A DNA stretch of 64,000 nucleotides from Azolla caroliniana (Eukaryota > Plantae > Polypodiophyta), in the NCBI GenBank assembly GCA_043228905.1, contig JBHGNT010000008.1:18352001-18416000 (forward strand). The letters are read 5' to 3'. The first letter of the stretch is position 1. Each line of letters begins with the position of its first letter. Both the position numbers and the translations under genes were made by a program. Below, piece after piece: positions 24,249-34,493 of the stretch. The notes beneath the pieces were generated by a model. The model saw only the letters and a list, made by a program, of their open reading frames with translations, ran no database searches and was not told where the DNA came from.

Positions 24249-27200
24249 TGTGTGTTTGCAAATGGGAGCAAGAGTAGCTGAGATGTAGCGGAAGGACTAT
24301 GTGTGTGTGTGTGTGTGTGTGTGTACGTAAGGCAAAACACAGAGAGAGAGCGAGAGAGAGCTTTAGACGGAGATAAAAGACTGTATATTACATTAACCAA
24401 AATACTTCCAACAATAACTAAGTTACAATGGGTTAGTTTAAATATCAACTAAACTAGGGCAAATGCCATTTCTACTATTTACAAAACTAGCATGGTATGG
24501 CCATAAGCTAGTGTGAAACCTATTACTATGGGAAGTTGAGTTCGACTCTCAACACGCCCCTTTGAACACATCTTCCGTCTATCGAAAAGTTGTTTCGGTT
24601 CGGTCTTCAAAATCCGGCTTCTAGTGTTCGTAATCCTCGAACTGGATTTTTCGGCTTTTCGGCTTTGTGCTCTGTTCAATTAACTACGTGTTGCATGTTG
24701 CATACTCGATCAATTGCGTATAGTGTATGTGTCGCTCGCAGCACTCCCCCTCAAGCTCGGCAATGTGGATGTCGTGAGACCAAGATCCGATGTGAATTGC
24801 CCAAGCTTGTCAACTCCTAAGGCCTTCCTAAAAATATCAACAACTTGGAGGTGTGTACTGATATGTAGTAGATCAAATTTTCTGGTCTGTACACGCTCGT
24901 GGATGAAGTGGTAGTGTACTTCGATATGCTTAGTACGCGCGTGAAATATGGGGTTTCGCGCCAAGTAGATGTTGCTCATGTTGTCGCAATATAGGCGAAT
25001 AATAGGATATTTGATGGGTACGCCCAGATCCTTCAAAATACGCTTGAGCCATACGGCTTCGCATGCGGCGACTGCCGCGCCCCTGTATTTGGCTTCTGTG
25101 CTCGACAATGCGACTATCGGCTGCTTCTTACTGCTCCAGGAGATCGCTCCGCTACCAAGGGAGAAGACGAATCTAGATGTAGATCGTCTATCCGCTTTGT
25201 ATCCTGCCCAGTCCGCGTTTGTGTATCCTTCGAGTTGAATGGTCGTATTTGACTAATACATAATGTCGTAATCCATCGTCGTACTAACATATCAGAGTAT
25301 CCTCTTAGCAAAATCGAGATGAAAGTTTCGCGGATTCTGCATGAATTGACTAAGTAGGCCGACCGAATAACTGAGGTCGGGTCACGTAATGGTGAGATAG
25401 ATTAAGCTGTCGATCAGTTGCTGATACTAAGTTGACTCGCATTCGGTTGTGCCGGAATCGACATCAATCTTGAGATTACAATCGAGAGGGGTAGACACAG
25501 GTTTGCACTCGGTCATTCCAAACTTGTACAGAAGGTTGAGAATGTACTGCCGTTGAGAAATCATTATTCTGACTGGTGTCTGAATTACGTCAATGCCAAG
25601 GAAGTAATGGAGCTCGTGTAGGTCTTTCATTTCGAATCTGCCGAAGAGAAGTGATTTGACCTTGTTAATCTCGGCGAGATCCTTTCCTTCGATGACCAAA
25701 TCATCCACATAAAGGATGATGACAATCGGGCTATCTGACTCGTTTCGGATGTATAGAGAAGTATCGGATTTTGACATTCGAAATCCGATCTGATGAAGAT
25801 ATTGCGTGATCTTCGAGTGCCACGCACATGGTGCTTGTTTGAGGCCGTAGAGAGGCTTCTTGAGTCAACACACGACGTTCGAATGATTCCACAATTCAAA
25901 ACCGGGTGGTTGGATCATGTACACCTCCTCTTCCAATTCACCTTGAAGAAAGGCGTTCTTGACGTCCATCTAGTGGAGGCGCCACCCTTTTGCTGCTGCG
26001 ATTGCAATTACGGTCCGCACAGTTGTCATCTTTGCCACCGGGGCAAAGGTCTCTTCGTAGTCTACGTCGCGCATTTGCGTGTATCCTTTTGCAACGAGTT
26101 GTGCTTTAAAATGATTTACGGAGCCGTCGGCATTGTGTTTCACTTTGGGAATCCATCGACAGCCAATCGCTTTCTTGTGCGGCGTGTGAGGGACGAGATC
26201 CCATGTCTTGTTTTTGCATAACGCTTCCATTTCCTCATTCATCACATCGACCCATTGCGGATCCTTTACGGCTTCGGAAAGCGTCTCCGGCTCCCATACT
26301 AACGCTACGTTCATCACGAAAGTGTAATGGTACGCCATATAATTGTTGTAGCCGAAACAACTTACAGGGTTTTTTTCACGGGTCGATCGGCGGAGTTTCT
26401 CGTTTGTGGATACTAAGGCTTTCTTCGCTCCATCTGTCCGGATGATTGGGATGTCCAGGCCTTCGAACTCACTGTCGCGGGAGTGAGTCGACGCGTTGTC
26501 GATTGGATCTTCGTATTCAGACATCTTGGCCTTCCCTTTGTCAAGTTTCGGACTCGGTCGAAATGTGCTTTGGTCACTCGGGGGCTCCCATGGTCCACTA
26601 AGTCGTGTCGTAATCGGGCTTTCGTTGAACATGTGTGTGAGCCGATCTTCATCTTCTATCTCCATTTCGGCGGATTCCGGGTTGAGCAGAGTCAGAGTCG
26701 AAGTTGTTTATGGTGCGTACTAGGATGCGAACTCGTCGAAGACTACGTCTCGACTTGTTCGAGCTTTTCGGGTAGATGGGTTGTAGCATTTGTACCCCTT
26801 TTGTTCGAGTGAGTATCCTATGAGGATACATTTCTCCGACTTCGGGTCAAGCTTTTATCGTGTATCGTCGGGAATATGTACGTAGGCGATAGAGCCGAAA
26901 TTGCGGACATGTGATAAGTCTGGCTTCTTTCCAAAGAACTTCTCAAGAGGAGTTACGTCGTGTACTCCCGAGGTTGTGCACCTATTCATGAGGTATACGG
27001 CCATGTTTGCCGCTTCTGCCCAATATGATTTTGGTAGGTTCTTCTCATTCATCATAGCCTATGCGGCTTCTACTATGTGCCAGTTTTTATGCTCAGCTAC
27101 GCCATTCTACTGAGGTGTGTGATGGCATGAGAATTCTCGTCGGATTCCTTCCTTTCAGAGATACGTCGTAAACTCATTTGAAAAGTATTCTTTGCCTCCA

Positions 27201-28458
27201 TCCGATCGAAGGCAAAGTAAGTGCCGACCCGTAGTTTTTTCGACTTCGGCCTTGAACCTTTGGAAGTGTCCGAACACTTCGTTATTCTATCTCATCGGGT
27301 AGATCCAAGTATGCTTGGAGAAGTCGTCGATGAACGTGACGTAATATCGGCATCCGTTGAGTGTGCTTATCTGGGCCGGTCTCCATACATCTAAATGTAC
27401 GACATCCAAGATCCCTTTGCTCACATTCTGCTCTTTCGAGAATGGATGTCGGCGTTGCTTTCTGAATTGGCACGCTCCGCATACGCCCATAATCTCCTTC
27501 ACAGTAAAGTTCGGGAGTTCGATTATGACTCCTTTCAATTGCATGTTCTGAAGCTTTTGAAGATTGATGTGACCAATTCTCTTGTGCCACAAGTTTAGGT
27601 CGGTTTCGACTTTGAGGTCCTTTGCAAACATGGCTGATTTTACCTCGTTCGATTCGAGGACAAACATACAGCCGTGAGCTACAACTTGATCTCCTCTTTC
27701 AATAAAGCACCCATCATTGTTGAATCGTACCTGCATTCCTTGTTCGACAATCTGGCCGACCAAGACCAGGTTTTTCGTGATGGTAGTAGGGACATGCAAT
27801 ACATTCTTGAGATAGGTTTGTTTGCCATTGTTTCCGAATGGGACATTCCCAATATGTTATATTGGATGAGTCGTGTCATCGCCTGTCTCGACATATCCGG
27901 GTTGTTCGGGTTTTCATAATTCCCGAAACCAATTTTCATGAGACGTCATGTAGTTGGATGCTCCCCAATCAATAAACCATACGTTATTTGAGGCGGAGGC
28001 ACTAGTTGAGGCCTGTGCTGACATCGAGTGTGCTTTGTGCCTCATTACGAACATTCCGCCACGGCCGTCGTAGTCGGAATTCATGGCATAATTTGTAAAC
28101 ATTCCATTACAATCGTCGTAGTCGGAATTCGATGCGTAGTTCGTGAGCTGTCGGATAGTTGAAGCCGAGTCTCGTACCTTTTTCGGGCACTCCTCTTCAT
28201 AGTGGTCGTGTTTTCCACAATACCCGCATTCAAGCGGGGTATTACGATTGCTTGGTCTAGCATGATGACTCCCCCTTCTACTGAACTCTCTGGGACCATT
28301 CATGTCCGCTTGCCATTGGTGGGAGTTACGCTCTTGCGTCTGCCGACCATTACGACCTTGTTTGAATCAACCTCTATTTCCACGGCCGAAATTTCTTCTA
28401 TCATCCGATTGGGAGTAGAGCATATGACCCTCTAGTGCGTTGCTCCTTTGTCGGGCGT
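24249..28458 (-). mobile_element. Degenerate Ty1/copia element lacking its 5' end (gag knuckle, PR, IN, RT, RH, PPT, 3' LTR 24249-24554)
   Basis: CGYCGKHDHYEEEC, WFIDWGASNYMT, LWHKRIGH, YYVTFIDDFS, SYWAEAANMAVY, YEETFAPVAK, ILYVDDL, FHARTKHIEVHYHF; many stops; PPT at 24555-24563. Confidence 0.92.
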
Positions 28459-30117
28459 TGTCGTGAAGATTTTCGTCCATAGGCGGAAACCGGGGCGGAA
28501 AGGGCAAGTCAGTGGTGTGCAACATGTGCACACGTATACTAGGAAATGGTGTATAGAAATAAGAGGGGAAATTTTATCCCACATTATAAGGTCCCTCCCT
28601 CCTTGGGCTATAAAAGGAAGGGAGGGGTCATGAAAGGTATACCACTTAGTGTAGAGTTCTTACCGTTTAGGGTTTCCTTATTCATCCTCGGTTAGGGTTT
28701 CCTCATAGTTGTTTGGTGCGGTTCATGCGGCCACCATTGTTGTAATCATTCGCTTGTTTTTAATATATCTTGTTGTGGATCTTGCTTCCATCTATTTTGG
28801 TCTATGCTTATGTGCTACTCTTCATCTTCTCATCCGGTGTTAAGCTTCCATTTCTCATATCTTATTCTTTCTCCTCTACTCCCTAGTCCAAGACCCCCGT
28901 GGTCCCGCCCTTCTACACACACACGTGTAACAACGCGACATCTTTGGTGAACCCGACGTGAAGGGCGGCAAGGGAGCATGGAGATGGAAGAAGACTTCGA
29001 CTTCGACGAGATGATGGCAAAGATCGTGATGGAAGCCGGACGGAAGATGGTGAAGCAAGATGCGGCTCAACAAGCCATCGAAAGGGTGGTCGATCGAGTC
29101 GGCTGGTTCAATGGGAATGAGGTCCCAAAATTTTTGGGAGCCTACAAGGCCGAGATGGCGAAAGGGGGCGTGGACGAGGCGATGCGGCTAGAGTATTTTC
29201 CTCGAGTGGCGGCCGCAGCGGTGCACAAGGAGGTCAAGGAGCTATGAGAAGCTCACGAGGCGTGGGTGTCCTTGGAGGGAGCCCTATTGGAAGCGTACGA
29301 ATACGCGAAACCAGAGTGGGTATGCCGGCAACCCGATGGGGAGTGGTCGGCAACAATGTGGCCCACGAGTGGTAGAGAAGAGAGGGCGATGAGCGGCTAC
29401 GCAGTACCGTCGGAAGAGAGCTCAACGTAAAACGGTTCGAAGGAGCTCGACCTAGAAGCGCTAATATGGGAGGCATGCGAGCTTGTGAAGGGGAAAATCG
29501 AAGCCGAAGAAGGGCTTATTATGGAGTCGGGCTGGAGGCGATCGGAGGATGCGGAGGAAGAAGCCTCCCTAAGCGTAGAAGACGGGGGGGGGGGGGGCCT
29601 ATACGGAGGCCGGAAGAGCGTACGACGACGACATGGGAGAGGGTGCGGAGCAAGCGACCCTCTTGCCTTGCGGTGAAGGGACGGCCATGGAGGCTTGTGA
29701 CTACGGATTCGAGACATGGCGGCCCGAAACATCGAGTGGGGAGGAGACAAGCGGCGGTGTTGGGTCCTTACCCACACCGATTCTAGAGACTCCAGCATCC
29801 GGCATCCGGCCCGAGAGTCGGTGTGAGACCTAGAGTGATGAACGGTGGCGACGGCAAGGCAGGCAACCAAGACGACGGCAAGGAGATCGAGGAAGAGGAG
29901 GCGGCAAGCGTAATCGAGGCTTCCACGATCGGAGACGGGGTAGCCACGAACAACGACGTCCGGATAGAGGTGGCTACGGACATAACGAGCGGCGGTGCCG
30001 CGACCTTACACACACCGGTGTCGTAGTGTATTTTGTACACTACGTGAAAAACGTATATAGTATTAGATTCAATAAAAAAAATGAAGAAATAGAAGAAAAT
30101 AGCAAAATAAATGGAAC

Positions 30118-30186
30118 ATGCATAGGGCAAGATTCGAACCTTGCACCTCCATGTTAATAATGTAATGTCTTACCATTACACTAGCA
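30118..30186 (-). promoter_or_regulatory. tRNA-derived Pol III A/B-box module in the U3 of element B 5' LTR
   Basis: Minus strand: A box TAGTGTAATGG (30183-30173), B box GGTTCGAATC (30140-30131), 43 nt apart, followed by T-runs. Confidence 0.7.
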
Positions 30187-30790
30187 TTTCATTAGTGTTA
30201 AAGCATAGATGTCCCACATAGAAAGGTAAATTCACGCTAGGATAAACATTAGAAAAACGTATAACAAAAGAAAAAGCTACACATACACATCTAGCGTGCA
30301 TGATAAAAAACGCACAAGTTAGAAAAAGCATGATCACTTTAGATAAAGCATATAGTCTATCTATAGGAAAAGCATGGGGTCTATAGTTAGAGAAAAAGCA
30401 TGGATTACTATACTAAGACTTCCTCATCACTACATAAGGATGGGAAGCACAATGTAATTGTGTGTGAAAAATATTTGGAAACTGGATATGTTTCTAAAAA
30501 ACACCAATTAATAAACTATACTCGTGGGATTCACGAGAATTCTATATCATTCTCTTTCAACCGAAGTTTATATTCTTATATTCATATTGATTAATCTAAT
30601 ACAATACACTCGTGGGATTCACGAGTTTGCTATAACTCTTTCTTACAACATATTTATATTCTTATTAGCCTTAAAACTCTCCTCTTCCTAGTCCAAAACC
30701 CCAGCGGTTCCCACCCGACTCACGCAACGATCCGGAGCCGAAAGGCACGACACAGTTGGTGAACCCGACGTGAAGGCGGGTGGCAAGGAG

Positions 30791-32419
30791 ATGGAGAATC
30801 AACAAGAGGCGATGAACATGATGATGATGATGTTCGAGAGAATGCTACAAGAACAACGCGAGATGTCGGAGATCACGACAGTAGTACAACGGCTCGTGCA
30901 ACAGAACGGGCAATTCGATGGAAAGGACGTGTCACGCTATCTACGTGACTACAAAATGGAGATGTTGCGATATGGTATCTCAGAAAGATTGCAAGTGTTA
31001 TCTTTCAACCGGGTGGCTACGGATGAGCTTCAAGAGAGAATCCACGAGATACAACAACAAAGCCCGATGTGGGAGTCCTTTGAAGAAGCTATACGAGACA
31101 CATATGACTATCTAAGACCGAAGCGGACGAGGACATGGTCCACGAACGGCGGTCAACAGTGGGTGAAAAGCGGCCACCGACTACCACCGAAGGAGAGCTT
31201 GATGCGGAAGGGTTCGGAGATGCATGAAAAGTCGCAAGTCGACATTGAAGGGGAGCTTAAAACCGAACCAAAGTCGAGGCCAACAAAGGACGAGGAGGAG
31301 GAAGATCGAGGACGAAAGGGTATCCCCACACCGGTTCCAGAGACTTCGGCGGCTGTGCCCGTGCACCAACGTGAGACCGGAGAGACGGAATGTGTCGGTG
31401 GAAAAGTGGAGGACCGGAAGGGCAACGAGGAAGACAAAGTAAATGAGCACGAACGAAGGGATTCCTTCACCATTGTTTCGGAGACTTCGGTACTAGAGCC
31501 CGGGTGTCGACATAACACCGAAGATAAGGAAAGTGGTGGCAACGAAACGAAGGTCGAAGCCGATGCATACGAAGGAGAGATAGCCAAGGAGAACATGGCT
31601 ATGGGTGAAACAACGGAAGATGATAATACCGAGGATTCCTACCCACTAATTCTAGAGACTTCGGCGGTTGTGTCCGAGAACCAACGTGAGACCGGAGAGA
31701 CGGGAGGTGGCAACAAGGAAGGTAAAGTCGGAAGCCGGTTCGGATGGAAGATGATCCGTCTGAAATTCCGATGTAAACAAAAGCATGACAACGCGAAGGT
31801 CGGGTCTACGATGGGAGAAGCATGTAATACGGAGCACGCACTACGGCACCAAAAGAAGCACGTGCTACGGCGTAAAGAGAAGCACACGCTACGGCGCAAA
31901 AAGAAGCACGTGCTACGGTGCAAAAATAAGTATGCACTACGGGGTAATACGGCGCATGCACTACGATGGAATACGAAGCATGCGCTACGGCCTAATACGA
32001 CGCATGCGCAACATCGAGAAATAAAGCATGCATTAAAGCCGCACAAGGACCTAACAGCGAGCGCGTATTCGGAGGTCGACATCGACGCGTGGGTAGAACC
32101 TACGGAAGACAAGCGCGGAGTGGAGAGAGACAACACACCGAGATGCTCAAGAGTACCACAAGGGACCATGACAACCACTCATGGCAATGCAAAGAATGAA
32201 CAAAGAATATGGTGGATCGGATGGCGACAATGGTTCGGGTGGAAAGAATGGGTCTACTCAAAATGGAGAGACAAAGTTGACATAGCGGGACAAACGGAGG
32301 ATGAAGGGGAGACAACGAGCATCGGCAACTTCGGCACATACTGGAGGATGTGCGGGTTCGGAGGGGGCGAGTGTCGTAGTGTATTTCGTACACTACGTGA
32401 AAAAGTAAAAATAATATAA
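30791..32419 (+). CDS. Gag-like protein with a long acidic/repetitive tail and KHALR repeats
   Basis: Open frame from the PBS into the 3' LTR; QFDGKDVSRYLRDYKMEM...WESFEEAIRDTY resembles Ty3-type capsid N-termini and element A's ORF; no PR, RT or IN motifs. First ATG at 30791. Confidence 0.7.
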   Translation: MENQQEAMNMMMMMFERMLQEQREMSEITTVVQRLVQQNGQFDGKDVSRYLRDYKMEMLRYGISERLQVLSFNRVATDELQERIHEIQQQSPMWESFEEAIRDTYDYLRPKRTRTWSTNGGQQWVKSGHRLPPKESLMRKGSEMHEKSQVDIEGELKTEPKSRPTKDEEEEDRGRKGIPTPVPETSAAVPVHQRETGETECVGGKVEDRKGNEEDKVNEHERRDSFTIVSETSVLEPGCRHNTEDKESGGNETKVEADAYEGEIAKENMAMGETTEDDNTEDSYPLILETSAVVSENQRETGETGGGNKEGKVGSRFGWKMIRLKFRCKQKHDNAKVGSTMGEACNTEHALRHQKKHVLRRKEKHTLRRKKKHVLRCKNKYALRGNTAHALRWNTKHALRPNTTHAQHREIKHALKPHKDLTASAYSEVDIDAWVEPTEDKRGVERDNTPRCSRVPQGTMTTTHGNAKNEQRIWWIGWRQWFGWKEWVYSKWRDKVDIAGQTEDEGETTSIGNFGTYWRMCGFGGGECRSVFRTLREKVKII

Positions 32420-32507
32420 CCGATTTAATTACATATAAATAAATAAAATAAGAATATTAAGATATTTATCACCAATAAATAAAATAAGAATATCAAGATA
32501 TTTATCA

Positions 32508-32577
32508 CGTGCATAGGGCAAGATTTGAACCTTGTACCTCCACGTAGCTAAACTTCAACTTTACCATTATGCTACCT
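32508..32577 (-). promoter_or_regulatory. tRNA-derived Pol III A/B-box module in element B 3' LTR (mirrored on + at 34319-34385)
   Basis: A box TAGCATAATGG and B box GGTTCAAATC, 43 nt apart (+ strand copy at 34321 and 34364). Confidence 0.7.
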
Positions 32578-32989
32578 TATCTTTAGTGTTCTATAAATAG
32601 ATTTAATAACTATAAGTGCTTTATTTGCGCCTACCTTTATTAAAAGGTAAATCATGTATTTTTAGAGTGCGTGAATATTTTTATAGAAAAACGCAAGCGA
32701 CTAAAAAGTGACTCATGCACATCTAGCGTGCATGAGCACTATATTTAGCAAATAAAAGCAAGGATTAAAAAAGCATGTAGCTATGCTTAGTCTCTCCCAT
32801 CACTACATAAGGATGGGGAGCACAATGTAATAGGTGTGTGAAATATTTGGGAAATTGGATATATTTCCTAAAACACCAATTAACAAACTATACTCGTGGG
32901 ATTCACGAGATTTCTATATCATTCTCTTTCAACCGAAGTTTATATTCTTATATTCATATTGATTAATCTAATACAATACACTCGTGGGA

Positions 32990-34493
32990 TTCACGTCGGG
33001 TTCACCAACTGTGTCGTGCCTTTCGGCTCCGGATCGTTGCGTGAGTCGGGTGGGAACCGCCGAGGTTTTGGACTAGGAGGAGGAAGAATTTGAGGCTAAT
33101 CTAGTTATGAATATGAATAGATTATAAGAAAGAGATATAGAAACTTGTGAATCCCACAAGTATAATTGTTTTAGTTTATCTAAATCGTAGTAATAAATTG
33201 AAATAATTTAGAATAGATTAGAGTAGATTGAGAAAAGAGATCAAACCTTGTGAATCCCACAAGTATTACATTAATCAATATTTATGTAAGAATATGAATT
33301 TAGATTGAAAGAGATAGATTATCTTAAACTTCGTGAATCCCACGAGTATATTTTATTGATTGTTGGTGTTTTAGGAAATATATCCAATTTCCCAAATATT
33401 TCACACCCTATTACATTGTGCTCCCCATCCTTATGTAGTGATGGGAGAGACTAAGCATAGCTACATGCTTTTTTTCTAATATGTTCATGCACACTAAATA
33501 TGCATGTGATGCTTTTCTAATCCTTGCTTTTATTTGCTAACGAGATTTCTATATCATTCTCTTTCAACCGAAGTTTATATTCTTATATTCATATTGATTA
33601 ATCTAATACAATACACTCGTGGGATTCACGTCGGGTTCACCAACTGTGTCGTGCCTTTCGGCTCCGGATCGTTGCGTGAGTCGGGTGGGAACCGCCGAGG
33701 TTTTGGACTAGGAGGAGGAAGAATTTGAGGCTAATCTAGTTATGAATATGAATAGATTATAAGAAAGAGATATAGAAACTTGTGAATCCCACAAGTATAA
33801 TTGTTTTAGTTTATCTAAATCGTAGTAATAAATTGAAATAATTTAGAATAGATTAGAGTAGATTGAGAAAAGAGATCAAACCTTGTGAATCCCACAAGTA
33901 TTACATTAATCAATATTTATGTAAGAATATGAATTTAACTTCGTGAATCCCACGAGTATATTTTATTGATTGTTGGTGTTTTAGGAAATATATCCAATTT
34001 CCCAAATATTTCACACCCTATTACATTGTGCTCCCCATCCTTATGTAGTGATGGGAGAGACTAAGCATAGCTACATGCTTTTTTTCTAATATGTTCATGC
34101 ACACTAAATATGCATGTGATGCTTTTCTAATCCTTGCTTTTATTTGCTAAATATAGTGCTCATGCACGCTAGATGTGCATGAGTCACTTTTTAGTCGCTT
34201 GCGTTTTTCTATAAAAATATTCACGCACTCTAAAAATACATGATTTACCTTTTAATAAAGGTAGGCGCAAATAAAGCACTTATAGTTATTAAATCTATTT
34301 ATAGAACACTAAAGATAAGGTAGCATAATGGTAAAGTTGAAGTTTAGCTACGTGGAGGTACAAGGTTCAAATCTTGCCCTATGCACGTGATAAATATCTT
34401 GATATTCTTATTTTATTTATTGGTGATAAATATCTTAATATTCTTATTTTATTTATTTATATGTAATTAAATCGGTTATATTATTTTTACTTT
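32990..34493 (-). mobile_element. Inverted LTR+PBS copies of element B, including a tandem duplication (32906-33540 / 33541-34150)
   Basis: TTCACGTCGGGTTCACCA-ACTG-TGTCGTGCC (reverse complement of LTR end plus PBS) at about 32990 and 33625; about 33970-34493 is the reverse complement of about 32402-32875; the second duplicate lacks 25 bp. Confidence 0.9.

Larger units (their letters stand above)
30019..32995 (+). mobile_element. tRNA-Trp-primed, pol-less LTR element B (5' LTR 30019-30752, PBS 30757-30774, single ORF, PPT 32360-32370, truncated 3' LTR 32371-32995)
   Basis: Both LTRs start TGTCGTAGTGTATTT; 5' LTR ends GGCACGACA; PBS TGGTGAACCCGACGTGAA; purine tract GGAGGGGGCGAG before the 3' LTR; internal region only about 1.6 kb. 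Confidence 0.85.

Noticed and set aside
32987-33008. tRNA-Trp gene
   Set aside because: Only the 3' ~20 nt including CCA are present; it is the inverted PBS.
30516-33962. CRISPR array
   Set aside because: The palindromic repeats are only 17 nt, the spacers are related AT-rich duplicates, the array lies within eukaryotic LTRs and no cas genes are present.
34319-34385. Functional tRNA gene
   Set aside because: A and B boxes are present, but no convincing acceptor or anticodon stem can be folded.
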